DNA of 57,861 bases, counting the filler, from Basidioascus undulatus (lineage: Eukaryota): assembly GCA_000826855.1 (NCBI GenBank). It is 5 parts of 5 records of this genome, joined end to end, with 100 filler letters (N's around TTAATTAATTAA, not from the genome) between each part and the next. Parts side by side here need not be neighbours in the genome. Positions count along the whole stretch, not along the records: positions 35,487 to 42,912 come from JTLS01001561.1; positions 43,013 to 50,363 come from JTLS01001562.1; 3 more parts are not named here. One strand, 5' to 3'. This document shows, piece by piece, positions 35,487-48,587 of this stretch. The notes under the pieces were generated by a model. It did not search any database, was not told the DNA's origin, and saw only the letters and a list, made by a program, of their open reading frames with translations. The translations under genes and the position numbers were made by a program. The stretch's first letter is position 1; the number at the start of each line of letters is the position of its first letter.

Positions 35487-35585
35487 CTGTCCGCCGTCCT
35501 GGCGCTTGAGGATGTTGCCAGAGTGGGGAACGGCGGAGGCGACGGCGAGTACACCAGCGAGGATGGCAAACGATGCGGAGCGCAT
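35487..35585 (-). CDS. N-terminus of a secreted protein, truncated by the spacer
   Basis: MRSASFAILAGVLAVASAVPHSGNILKRQDGGQ: signal peptide plus Kex2-type KR site. CT-rich leader and TATAAAG about 130 nt upstream. Confidence 0.7.
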
Positions 35586-37155
35586 GTTGAAGATAGGGAC
35601 GACCTGGGATGATGGGGGTAGAGTAGTTTGTGAAGGAGAAAGTGATTTGTGGGTGAGAAGACAACGGGGATTGCGGGTTGGTGAAGACGCTGAGCGGCAT
35701 GGGAGACTCGGTCTTTATAGGCAGAACAGCTCGGTGTCACCGCCGGCTGCGCACCAGTGGCCATCATGTTGTCATAAAAAATTGCATTTGGTTTATTCTC
35801 TGGACTAGACGCCACGCATTAGGCAAGCAGAGGTGTAGCCTGTCAAGCCACGCAAGCCTGGTTGGTAACCCGCCGGTACTCCAACGCAACGATGCAGGGG
35901 TTTCCAGCCAAATGCGTCGAGTCCAAAGACGACCATGTCATGGAAACCAGAAAAAGTCCTTCTGGAGCATGTGTGTTCAGAGTCTAACTTTTTAGCAGAA
36001 TCCCATGGCGGTTTGTTAGGTGCGTCGCCAAGTCAGCGACGAGAAACCACCTGCCTTTCGCTTTCGTAGCGTCCTGTATCGAGTCCCAACACTTAAATAG
36101 TTCGTGTAATATGAAGCTTCAATCTTACAATGAAACCATACAGTGCACGCTAGGTTGAACGTTCGAGGCCCACAATTGAATTAGCAGGGCGGCTTCCACA
36201 GAACCGAGTGGAGCGAGCTGTTAAGTGCCGATGGAAAGCTTTGATCCAGTCCGAATCAGGTAATATAGCTTGTGTATACGTGCTTTACTCCCGTTTAAGT
36301 TCCAGCACGCACCGTTTGGTGCACTCGAAGATGGCAAGCCGGGTAGGGCATCATGGAAATGGCGGTCTCAAGGTGCACGTTCACGATGCGGAACTGATTG
36401 AGAGACTGTCCCACAGAGAATTCCAATTGTACAGGTTGCTTCATGGCTTAATGCCTTGCCTAGTCCTGGCCCCCTTCGGGAGGCAAGTCTCTGAAAGTCG
36501 ACAAGCATTGCATTCATCAGGTGGCCAGGCCGGCGTGTGAACAAACCAACGCTTGGTACCCTTTAGTGCCGTATGGCTTTTTACCAATGATCAGCCTTAG
36601 AGGACGGGGGAAATTGTGTTGCGTAGACTGGTTCGTCGAGAAATGGATGAGAGCAGAACGAGGCGAGACTAGTCCCTGCTAGGCTTTGCAAGGCGTCTTG
36701 CCACTTCTTGGGGCATTCCTTTCAAGATCATCGCAAGCCCCCACATAGAACTATACAGAGTAGGACATCCTTATAGTCTCGTATCACTGAGGATCTGAAA
36801 GCGAAGAGGCTGTACCGCTACCTACACTTGAGTGACAAGATTGAAAGTACACAGTGGAGCGGCACCACACCAAGTGGATCGACGAATCGTGCCACATGAG
36901 ATGCAACACAATATAGACTCGCTGATCCTTGTCACCTGTGATTTGAAGAAGGAATAACGCGCCACCTCCCTTCTAGGGCTTCCGAAGACCGCCGGAGGAT
37001 GCTGGCTGAGCGACGTCCCGAGCCATGGAGGAGCATAAAAGACTGCCCAGACACAGGGCAGTTTATTCCTCATCACCATCTCACTCGTTCTATATTCCCA
37101 CAGCGGATACCCCCGTACCCACACACACCATATCTACCCTTCCACTCGTTCCACA

Positions 37156-37764
37156 ATGATGCGCACCGCTGTTTACTCAGTTCTCGCCATTGCCGCCGCC
37201 GTTGCGACGGTCACCGCCGCGCCTGAGCCCAACAACTTCCTCAAGCGCGCCGACGGTGGCCGCTGCAACACCGCTGAGGTTTCGTGCTGGTGAGTGCAAT
37301 GTCACTTATCGAATAAGACTACGTATCGTTGCTGAATTTCTGTCTTCCCTCTAGCAACACGGTCAACTCCGCCGGCGATGTGTTCGGTGGCCTCGACGGT
37401 CTCCTCGGTCTTAACGTCGGCAGCATTCTTGGCCAGGTCGGCCTGAATTGCATCCAGGCACGCCCGCACTCGATCTCTTCGGACTTCTAGGAGTAACCTT
37501 ACTTATAATCTTTGCACTCGAACAGGTTCCCGTCATCGGCGGTGCGCTTTCGAGCCAGTGCAACCAGGCACCGGTCTGTTGCGAGAACGTCACCCAGGTA
37601 AGAGAAGTTCGCAAACACTCTCACGATGCTCTCTGACGAAGCTTTGTGCACTTCAGAACGGTCTCATCAACCTCGGATGCTCTGTAAGTATTTCTTTTGA
37701 CCAAGGGCGATCAAAACTGCAGGCTGCTGACGTCGGTTTGTCCCTTCAGCCCATCCAACTCTGA
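37156..37764 (+). CDS. Class I hydrophobin
   Basis: Spliced MMRTAVYSVLAIAAAVATVTAAPEPNNFLKRADGGRCNTAEVSCCNTV...GQVGLNCIQVPVIGGALSSQCNQAPVCCENVTQNGLINLGCSPIQL*; 8-Cys C-CC-C-C-CC-C pattern; four introns. Confidence 0.95.
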
Positions 37765-38566
37765 GTTGACGAGCGAAAGTGAAACACAGCGGCACTTCAT
37801 ATTCAATCTATCGTCGGAGATATAATACCCTGCCCTGAGCGACAAGCACGTAATTGCCGGACATGAACCAGCTTGGCTGCGGAGCGGCTGCTAGAGAACC
37901 AGAGACAGGCGGAACAATTGCTCCCCTTACTGCTTTGCCCATCTTATCTGTTATAAGAACGTACAACTGCACCAATCCTGGATCCTGGCCCGTCTTCACA
38001 CCGATACGTGTCCCAGCAGCCGCACATCCCCCTCGTCGCCCAGCAGTACCCTACTGTCTAACCTCTCCAGGCGGGGGAAACGGCGGAAGGAAAGCAAGCT
38101 GGTCCTTTGTGATTCTCCCCGAGCTGCGAGACTATCAGTTGCCCTCAACAGGGAGCTATCGATTGGAAATGCGGCTTGCAAGTCAAACATGTACCGGTAG
38201 TCTGCAAGGTATACATCGACGAGCAAAGAAACCAGATGCGACAAATATGCCGGCAATGACGGTTAGCACCCTGGCTTTGAGCCGCCTCATGCTATTCCCA
38301 CAGCACAAGCGGGCGTGTACATTGCTCAAGAAAATAGATGTGCGAGACGAGACGACCGATTGAAAAGCCATGCAGCGGTGAAAGCCAATAGAGAGAGTGG
38401 CAACGATGCGAATGGGTATGGAAGCGGCAAGCGATTGGTGTAATCTAAGCAGATGCGTGTTCATAGGGGAACACAAGAAAAGAGAAAAGGCAAGAACAAA
38501 AGGCCTCGAAAGAAAGTGATAAAGGAAAGAAACAGGAGAAGAAAGAGAGCGTCCAATAGATTTTAA

Positions 38567-41500
38567 TCATCGGGGCCGACCCGGCCCGCGCTCATCCCGA
38601 CCTAGCGGGCCCAGCGGCCCCCATTCCGACCCAGGCGGCGGCGAGTCGTCCGACCCCCTTCCAGCGCCCACCGCGGGGCCGCCCGAACGCTGGCGGACGT
38701 GGCCATTACCACCCGCAACGCTCTCGTTGATGGCCGACGAGTGCGCGAGCGGCATTCGGCTCTCACTTGGCGAGTACGGCCGTGGTATGGGGTAGCTGTC
38801 GTGCAGGTCGTATTGACCTGTGCCGGGAGACGTCGCCGTAATGAGCGGCGGGGGCGCGTGCGGGTGCGCGCCGGGCGGGAAGAACTGCGACTCTGGTCGA
38901 GAGTCGTCGAAACCCTCCTCGAGCATCGCGTCGAGGTCGGCTTGGTGGATCTGTCGGCCGGGCGCATGTTGCACAATTTGCGGGCTCGGATTGAGGGTGG
39001 CGGGAGGGGGAGGGTACGCGGGGTTGTTCTCGTTGTACGCGCCGATGTCGGCGCCTGTGGCCCGGGGTCAGCTTGTCGTATTCGAGAAGTCGATGCATAA
39101 CATGTGCTCACCCCATCGATCATCTTCATAGCTGCCGACGGACAGCGTATCGGACTCGCCGTACTCGCTTCGACTCCTCGAGGTGAGGCCGTCTTCGGAT
39201 GCTGCGTAGCCCGAGTCGTTGTGGAACCCTTGGCGACCGAAAGCTGACGAAAAGGAAAAAGGATTTGATGTTCAGCGTCCACTGCGTGCCATGTCTGCCG
39301 TGACAAAAGACGACAAACGCACCCTTCTCGAACTCCTTCCTGCGCTTCTCGTCGCGCTTGAGCTTGCGCAACCTTGAGCGCTCCCAATCCTCCCAGCGGC
39401 GCAGCGGCACTTGTACAGTCTCCAGCTCGGGCTTGTCGCTGCCGTGGCCCGTGTCCTTCCCTTCGCCCTCCACTTTTCTGAAGACACGGTCGAACGCAAA
39501 GGTTGTTCGTCAGCCGGATGTCTTGCGAGCTTCTAAATCAAGAGAAAAACATCAGACGCACCGCGTCTCTCCCCAAGAGAAGTCGTCGAAATGCCAGAAC
39601 GCGTCTGCGAGTTGCGCATGGTCAGGGCCGGAACAGTCTTTGCACGACATTCGAGCTCGGGAAGTGACTCACAGACGGGGAGGACGAAGTTCCAAATGGG
39701 GAGCGCGATGAGGTAGATCACCATCCAGGCGACGTAGACGAGTTTGCGCGTGGTCAGGAGAATGAGGATCGCGGGGAGACCTGGTCGGACCCGGACGGGT
39801 GAGCAATTCGTCCAAGAAAAAGCAGCGAAAGGAAGGGAGGGCGGCATACCGAGGACGGCGGCGAGAAGCATGAGCGGGATCGCGTCGCCGAAGCTCTTGG
39901 GCGGGGTGATGATCGAGTTGACGATGAGGGCGAACGTGAGGCAGATAGCGATGGGGAGGACGACGGTGCCGAGGAGGTCCATGAACACGACGAACTGCAT
40001 GGAGAAGCAGAACGTGCCGCAACTAGCAGAGTAAACGACGGTCTGTCAGCGTTCCGGTCCTACACGAAGTAGTGATATAGAATAGCGGCCCAGACATACA
40101 GGTTGCGAACAAGAACGAGCTCCATCAGGTTGTGGACGGTCGAGTTGATCCAGCGACGACGCTGCGAGAGGAGCATGCTGAACGTGTCGGGCACGACCGT
40201 TCGACAGCGGGCCTGTCCCTCACACCCCATTGTCAGCCAGTCTCCTCAACCGACAAGCATAAAACGGCGTGCCGCACATGAGGGCAGAACATCATCTTGC
40301 GATTCGGGAACGTGCGGATGAGGATCGTCGTGAGGAAGCGGTCCTCGCCGAGGAGGAGAAGGTTCTTCTGGTGCAGGGTCGCGACGACGCTCTGGGAGTA
40401 CTCGCGCACGATCTCGGGCTTGATGATGAGCGGAACCCAGTCGTCGTCGTTCGCCTTGCGCGCCTTGAGCCGGAACATGGAGAAGCACCCGGGCAGACAG
40501 GTCACACCGCCGAAGACCGACTCGAAGCCCTGCTCGCGTGCAAAACGTCACCGGCGAAGTTGTCAGACTACCAAGTCGTAAATGATAAGATCGCGAGAAT
40601 GGGAACGGCGCACCTTCGCGAGGTGGTGCGAGATGTAGTACTCAAAGACCTGGATCATCGTGACCCAGCTCTGGCGCTTGTTCTCGATGCGCGTCTCGCC
40701 GCAGACGCCCATGATGTTGTTGTCGTGTTGCATGCAGTTGACGAGGTGCGTAACCGAGTCCGGGAAGACCTTCGTGTCGGCGTCGACCTGCGCGCAGCCG
40801 AGCGATAGAGCCTATCAGCGAGGCACTCCCAAAGACACACTATTTCATAGACAACGCACCATGAGACAGACTTCAAAGTAGTCGGGCGTGACGCCCATGA
40901 GCGTGTGCACCTTGCGGAAGAGGTCATAGTCGAGCGGGGACATGCGGTCGTTGTACGTGACCTGGACGAAGGCTCCTTGAACATTAGCGTGCTTGTGCGC
41001 GTTTGCAACCGAGCGGAGTGGAAGTACGCACGCGAGAGAAGAAGTTCATCAGGATCAGCTGGCTGTCGCGCTTGCCGCGGTTACCGGGCTTCCTGTCGTG
41101 CACCGCCTCCTCGGCCGTGCCGCACTTGACGACGATGATGGTCGGCGTCCGGTGCCCATTGCAGACTGCATCACCGCCATTCTCGCACCATCAGCAAAGC
41201 CCTCCTCCACACCTCCTCACCCCCTTTCGCGCACGTACCATAATGACCCGCATAGATCATCGCCCTGTTCTCGGCCTTCTTGCCCGCGCCGATCGAGTCG
41301 TACGACATAGGCATGGGGTTGCCGAAGCGCGAGTCGGCCTCGAGAAGGCCGACGCAGATGTCGGGCGTGCTCCGCTTCTCGCCCGCGCCGGTGATCATCC
41401 CGTCCGCGACGACGAAGAGGAGCTTGCGCTGGTCCGAGTAGTCGGACGCGGAGAGCGAGTCGAGCGTCGCCTTGATCCCGTCCTCGCCCTCCGAGTAGCA

Positions 41501-42912
41501 CGTGATGAGACAGATGACGAACAGCTCCGCGCCGATCTGCGCCTTGGAGATGACGGGCGCGGGCGCGCCACCGCCGCCGCCCGGGGGCGCGAGCGGCTTC
41601 CCGCGCGAGAGCTTGTTCCGCCCCGACGCGGAGACGCCGCCGTGCGCGGCCCACGGCGCAGTGCCCGTGAGGTTGTTGACCGAGATGTTAGCGCCCTCGG
41701 GCATGACCGCGGGGGAGACGACGCGGCGGTTGAGGTCCTTGGGCGGGATGATGAGTCGGGCGGATAGGAACCAGTTGAAGACGCAGGCCATGGCGAAGCG
41801 AGCGAGGACGACTCCGAGAATGATCACGAGGGCGCCTGTGGTCCGGACCTCGCAGTGTCAGCGAGGCACAGCACGCGGGAACTTTGGAAATAGAGGACTG
41901 ACAGTAGAGGAAGAGCTGAGAGACAAAGCAACCGGGCGTGATGTGGTCGATGTGCCCGGCCTTGTACCGCTCGATCAAGCACGGCACGGCTTCGCGGAGG
42001 TAGGTGCGGCTGTAGAAGAGCATGGTCGCGTCGCGTCCGCCCTTCCTGTCCATCTCGTTCAGGACGCGACGGATCGCGACGTCGACGAGGTCGTTCTTGA
42101 CCGGGTAAGGCTTGATGGTCATATACGGCTCCATGTTGAGGACAGTGCCGTCGATGACCATGTAGTTGGAGAGGTTCGCTACGATGCCCCAGTCGTAGCC
42201 GACGAGGTACGTGGTGTTCTCGAGGCCAAGGGACGAGAGCGTCGCGGCGTCGAGCGTGCCGAGCTGGCACGAGCCCGTCTTGCTGCAGAGGTCGATGCTC
42301 GAGTACGCGGCGGTCTTGTTCGTGCAGCTGCTCATCGTGGAGGCAGGGCGCTCGAAGTAGGTCGTCATGTCCTGCCCCGCGCTCTCGCCCGCGAAGTCGA
42401 GGAAGTTGATGCCGCCCTTCGGCTTGGAGTTCGTGACGTTGAACTGCCAGCCGTCGATACCGACGACGTCTGCACACCCGACCCTCTCCTGTCAGGTCCC
42501 CACATTTCTCCCGCTGTCCCTTCGCCTGCTGGTCCCTGCGCCCTTAGCCCTTCAGAAAAGAAGAGACTCACTGTCGGTGTCCCGTAACCGTTTAAACTGC
42601 GACGCTGTCCGCCCCTGAGACGTAGGGCAAAGGACGCGGTCGATGCCCATCGTCAAAAAGCCGACGATGCCGGCGAGGATCATGCAGATCGCGCAGAGAG
42701 CGATCTTCTCTCTCCACGCCTGCTGCGTCGCGGGGTCCTTGATCCCCATCGCGCGGAGGAGCGCGGGCGGCGCCCAGAAGGTGAACACATACGACGTGAC
42801 GACCCAAGGCGTGAGGCCGCCGGTCGTCGACGTCGGGGACAGGGACGACTTGGGCACGGTGGGCGCGATGAGCGGCGCGGGCGCGACGTGCCGCTCGGGG
42901 CGGGTAAGCGTC
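38567..42912 (-). CDS. Chitin synthase (GT2, division 2, probably class IV), 5' end lost in spacer
   Basis: [82 protein letters not shown] and [12 protein letters not shown]. Confidence 0.95.
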
Positions 42913-43012
42913 NNNNNNNNNNNNNNNNNNNNNNNNNNNNNNNNNNNNNNNNNNNNTTAATTAATTAANNNNNNNNNNNNNNNNNNNNNNNNNNNNNNNN
43001 NNNNNNNNNNNN
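42913..43012. other. Assembly spacer
   Basis: N-TTAATTAATTAA-N linker. Confidence 0.97.
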
Positions 43013-45459
43013 TCTTGGGACCGCGGGTGGTGCTGGTGCGGGGGCCGGGACGGCGAAGGCGGCACCACCTAGCAACTTGTCGATGGAGCTCGAGCCGATC
43101 GTCCCCGCCGCGTTCAAACCGCCCACGTTCTCCCTTGCCAGGTCACACAGGAACAGGCCCGCGTCATACGTCCCGCCCGACGTGGCGCGCTCGTCCTCGG
43201 CGAGGTTCGACGCGGAGCTGGTGGACAAGTACGGGTTCATCTGTGGGTCCAGCGTCTTGTCTCCATTTGCCGATGTGCTGGCGCTGACGTGGAAGCGCGG
43301 GAGCAGACAAACCGACTCTGGCCGACGTCAAGCTCCTCCGCGACGCCGCACGCGCGTCCAACCCCGCGCCGACATGCGCGACGGGCGTACGCCCGCAACT
43401 GGAGAGCGACGAAGACGACGTGGGCAGCGTGCGGAGCTGGTTGATGCGGGAGGAGCCGGGCATGCTGCGCGAGGTTGACGAGGAGGAGGACGACAAGCAA
43501 GACCAAGAGGCGGCGGCCTCTCAGGCGCGTCGCCCGAGGTCAACGTCAGCCGGCCCACTGCTCGACCCGCAGCCCGTTCAGCCGTCCGTCGAACCGCAGG
43601 CGGTGCACGCTACCGCCGACGCGCTGTCGCCGATGGACGAGCACCCCGAGCTCGATCTGTCCGCCACAACGACGAGCACGAGCACCAACACGGTCGCCTC
43701 GAGCCTCAAGAGCGCCGCGTCCTCGATAACCACGTCGGAGAAGGCCCCCGCCGCAACATCCTCCGCGTCTGCCGTCCCCCGGTCGTTCGTCCAGCGCCTC
43801 CTGCGGCAGCTGACGGACAAGTTCGACGCGCGCCAGGCGGAGCAGCTCGAGGCGTGGGACGAGTTCCTCAAGCGCCGCCGGGACGCGCTCAGCGCCGCGT
43901 CGTCTACGTCCCGCCCGTCTGGCTCCGGCGCAGGCGGCGGCGAGGCCAAGGCCTCCGGGATCCTCGCCAAGTCGGGGCTGGCGCTCCGCCCGCTCGACGG
44001 CGACGACGAGGACGCGAGCTGGCGCGACAGGCTCATCGGGATCAACTCCATCGGCCTCGACGGCCAGGGCAGGGACGAGCTCGACCGCTTCCAGCGCTTG
44101 GTCCGCGGCGGGATCCCGCTGTGCTATCGCGCCAAGGTATGTTGAAATGGGGTATGGGAGGGGGATGTGAGCTTACGCGGGCGGGAGGACAGGTCTGGGC
44201 GGAGTGTTCTGGCGCCGTGGACTTGCAGGAGCCGGGCACATACCAGGAGCTGCTTGAGCGGCACGAGGGCGAGACGCCGCAGTGCATCGCTGAGATCGAT
44301 CGCGACATCACCCGGACGATGCCCACCAACGTGCGTCTGTAAACCGTCCCTCGTGCAGGCGGTGATCCTGCAGCTGACCACGTGTATTGTTCGGGGCTGC
44401 GCGAGTAGATCTTCTTTGGTGGGAACGGCCCGGGCGTCGAGAAGCTGAGGAGGGTGCTCGTCGCATACAGCTGGTACGTTGCTATCTGCGTTGAAGTTGC
44501 GAGTGTACAGCTGATGCACGGAGCGGTTAAGGCGGAACCCGGAGGTCGGATATTGTCAAGGCATGAGTGCGTATATCACTGCGCTTGATGCCTCACGCCG
44601 TTGCTGACCTGACCCATACGCTCGCTACAGACCTGATTGCCGCCACGCTGCTCCTCACGATCCCGACCGAAGAAGACTGCTTCTGGGTCTTGGCCTGCAT
44701 CATCGAGGTTCGTTTTCTCCCACCTACCTCCCGACATGCGATCAACCCGCTGAAAGAACCCTTCGTCCATTCAGCATGTCCTGCCATCCGACTACATGAG
44801 CCCTTCACTGCTCGTCAGCCAGGCCGACCAGCGCGTCTTGCTCCAGCTCGTCGAGCGCCTACTGCCGAAGGTCCACGCCCATCTCGTCAACCACGGCATC
44901 CAGCTGCCCGCTATCACATTCGGCTGGTTCTTGTCGGTCTTCACAGATTGCCTGCCGCTCGAGGTACGTCCCTTGCGCTCGTCGGCCGCCCTGCGACTCG
45001 CGTGCTCACTTGGCTTTGCAGACCCTCTACCGCGTGTGGGATGGTATGCGCGCTTTTCGTCTTTCGGGCAAGCACGGTTGGTGATGCTGACCTTCTGCGT
45101 ACACCCGCAGTGCTCTTCGTCGAAGGCGTTGACGTTCTCTTCCGCGTTGCGCTCGCGATGCTGAAGATGAACGAAGCTGCCATCCTCTCGCACGACTCGG
45201 AAGTCACGCTTTACTCGTTTCTCACCTCCATGACGGGCCAGCTCTGCAACGCCGACCAGCTGCTCAAGGTGAGTTGCGGCGCGCTTGTGCTGCGGTCCTA
45301 CAAGCGCACGTCTGATTCCGAGCCCTCCAGATCGCCTGCGACGACTTCCCGAGCGTGCAGTACTCCGACATCTCGCGCATGCGCGAAGTGGCCGTGCGCG
45401 AGCTTCAGCTCGAGCAGCACCAGGCCGACGGCGAGGACGTTGACGAGGGAGCCGTTTAG
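43013..45459 (+). CDS. TBC-domain Rab GTPase-activating protein, 5' end lost in spacer
   Basis: LVRGGIPLCYRAKVWAECSG, IDRDITRTMP (IxxDxxR), [22 protein letters not shown] (YxQ), ITFGWFLSVFTDCLP and RVWD; stop TAG 45457-45459. Confidence 0.92.
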
Positions 45460-46030
45460 ATCGTTTGAACGCTAGCCGGCCATCCACTTATGGGGATTTT
45501 CATTTGCATATGCAGCTCTCTGCATTGTAACTCTATCCGTCTCTTGGTTGTGTTTCCCGTTATTGTGTAGCAGTCTGTTTTGGTTCAGCTCATCCCATAC
45601 CATCGCTCCTCTCGCGTCGCATTTGCATTCTATGCACTCGTTCTCGCCCGTGTAATCTTCGCGCATCTACATCCTCACCGGTGGCAACATGTGTGAATGA
45701 GGATTGTTTGATTCTAAAAGACTCCGCCGCGAAGAAAAGGCACTGGCAAGGCACACCGGTAGCTCGGACATAACCATGCCGCGCTCCCGAGCCGGCGAAC
45801 ATTCGAACGCCTGCGAAGACGTGCTGGAAATTATGGCTCATGCAACTTGGCTTACGACACTCGAGTGTTCGTCTTCGCTTTCAGTTTTCTCTCAGGTTTC
45901 CGCTCACTTACCTATGGAAAGCAGGCGTCATTGTTCATAGCAGGAGTAACTGCTCAGGGCAATTGAAAACATTTCGGGTCAAGAGACGGCCTCATTCAGG
46001 CCCACATCGCTCGAAATCATCGATCGCATC

Positions 46031-48587
46031 ATGTCCGCTGTGGACACCCGCGATGGTCTGCAGCAGCAGCAGCAGCCTCTTCCGTTTCTGGAGCGCGCCG
46101 TCACTCAGATCAGCGAAGTTATCGAGGCTGAGGCGGGCACGATGAAGTCTGCCGTCTCGACCGCGCCGAGCGCACAGTGGGAGGAGCGGTCGCTGGCAAA
46201 GTCCACCGTGCTAGTTACCACGCTTTCTCTGAGTATGATCACGAACGTGAGCTTCCTTTACTCCTTATATCTGACTGTGCTGTAGCTCAAGATCGACGTC
46301 CTGCAGGTCGCCGCCAGCCAAGCAGCCAGTGCGCAACGCTCTCGTCACGGCGAGCATATAGTGACAGCGACCCACAGACATTGCGCTGCCAACAATAGGG
46401 AGAGAGCTGGACTTCTCGACAGCGGACCTGCAGTGGATAGTTTCGGCGTGAGGGCTTCGCCTAACATTCGTGCTGTTCGTCGCGCTGACATTGCCTCCCA
46501 GATTTGCCATCACTGCAGGAAGCGGGCTTCTTCTTTTCGGACGTCTTGCCGATATCTACGGGAGGCGTACGGACATCCTCACATTTTCAGGACTGCGGGC
46601 GATACTCACAATACCGATCAGGACGTGTCTTCCTCATGGCGAACATCTGGTTCATTCTGTGGTCCGTGGGCTGTGCCCTCGCACCAACGCGGTTCTCCTT
46701 GATCTTTATGCGGGCTTTACAAGGGTAGGTTGACATGTCGCTCCCTTAGCTCTCGCGCAACTGATATCCCTTTTCAGTCTCGGGCCCGCTGCCTTTATAC
46801 CTGCTGCGATGGGCATTCTTGGGCGAAGCTTCAAGCCGTCGCCCTTTCGATCTATCGCATTCGCCACATTCTCTGCAGGCGCGCCAGGTAGTCCCCCAAA
46901 CGTACGGCATACATTGCGGAATACATGCTGACGGCCGCAACAGTCGGAAGCGCCCTGGGTAGCATTATGGGCGGGTTTCTGACGGTCCGTCGCCTTCCAA
47001 GTCTTAAACCCATCGCGGTTCACTGATCTGCTCCGCTTCTTAAGGAGTACGGTGGCAAGACCAAATGGCGCAGTGTCTTGTGAGCCCCACTCCTACCTTG
47101 AAAGGGCCCCCATTGATCGCACCATAACATGCAGTTACGTCCTCGCCGGCCTCAGCGCAATCACCATCTGCTCCGGCGTGCTCACCATCTCACCCGACCA
47201 GCCGTACGAGGGGACGGATCGCTCTGTCGACTGGCTAGGCGCGGCGCTGATCACTTCATCTTTCGTGCTCCTGCTCTTTGTGCGTCTGCCTGTCAACTTC
47301 GTTCCCTGCTGAGCTACAATCGCTGACTGCGTCTTTCGCGCCCCTCAGGTGCTCGCCCAAGGGGAGGTTGTCGGTTGGCACACCGCTTACATTATCGCCT
47401 TATGCGTACGTCCCGTGGAAAGAAAGTTACCCGGTATCGGCGCGCGCTCACAGCCCAGATCAGATCGTCGCCGTCCTGCTCTTCATCGTCTTCCTCGGCT
47501 GGGAGTACAGGCTCGAGCAAGAAGGCCGGCGCGCCCCGCTCGTCCGCCTGTCCATCTTCCGTGTCGGCAAGCTTTCAATCATCATGGCCATGGTCTTCCT
47601 GGTGCGTCCCGGCCGTGCACCTGCGCTAGCGACCGAGCACTGAGCACATCGTCGATTACGACCAGGCATTCTCCAACTTCAATGCATTCCTCTTCTGGGC
47701 CACCGTGTTCTATCAGCAGTTCAAGTTGCTAAGCCCCATTCAGACAACGCTGCGATTCTTGCCTACGGCGATCATGGGTGAGGCTTGTTTTCGGGACGCT
47801 GAAGTGCGTCTGTCGACTGACATGGCGGTGCAGGCATTCTTGTCAACTTCATGGCTGCCATCTTGCTCCCCATTATTTCAGGCCACTGTGCGTGTCTTTC
47901 CAGCCTTCCGAGCAGACATACAATTGATCTTTGAATCGAGTCCAGACATCCTCATCATGGGTGCCATCGGCGTGCCGCTCGCATCTATCCTCTTCGCAAC
48001 GTCAGACCCCAGCCTCCCATACTGGGCGATGGAGTTTGTCGCATTTTGCCTGTGAGTACAATTTCACAGCAAGTGCTTTACAGTGGTTCGCTGAACGTGT
48101 GCTGCCCATAGTTCCGTCATCGGCGTCGACTTTGTCTTCGCGCCCAGTAAGTCCCAGACAGCATTTTCACTTCACATCGTCATGGCTGACTTGCATACAA
48201 TACAGGTGCGCTGTACTGCTCAAGCGTCGTCGGGCCTCATGAACAGGCAGTCGTAGGCGGCGTCCTACAAACGGCTCAAATGGCACGTGCTTCACCCGTA
48301 GTTCCTCGCTGTGTTTGTCCAGCTGATCGGCGGGTAATCAGCTCGGCGTCTCGTTCGGTCTAGCCATCACCACGATCGTTTACGACCGGACGCAAGACGC
48401 GTCCGACGCCATCCACCCGTACCGCATGGCGTTCTGGACTGCCACTGCGTTCGGGCTCGCCTCGCTCATCTTGACGGTGTTCGGGCTGCGCGGGATCGGC
48501 GTGCTGGGACATAAGAAGGGACTGAAGGCTGAGGAGAAGGCGGATGCGGAGGCTGGGTGGAGGAGGGCAAAGTCGGGTGGTAGCTAG
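46031..48587 (+). CDS. MFS drug:H+ antiporter-like transporter (DHA2/Atr1-like)
   Basis: GLLLFGRLADIYGRR, FMRALQG, AFATFSAGAP, VDWLGAALIT, LSPIQTTLRFLP and YRMAFWTATAFG; many introns. Confidence 0.85.

Noticed and set aside
41003..42587. Long plus-strand ORFs (254 aa, 361 aa) and similar antisense ORFs over other genes
   Set aside because: Shadow frames of GC-rich exons of chitin synthase, SPE2 and the TBC gene.
12652..42912. Apparent cell-wall cluster (chitin deacetylase, hydrophobin, chitin synthase)
   Set aside because: Only hydrophobin and chitin synthase share a contig piece; these families are large, so proximity is unremarkable.
46058..46077. Short CAG run (polyQ) at the MFS N-terminus
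   Set aside because: Five units only; ordinary microsatellite.
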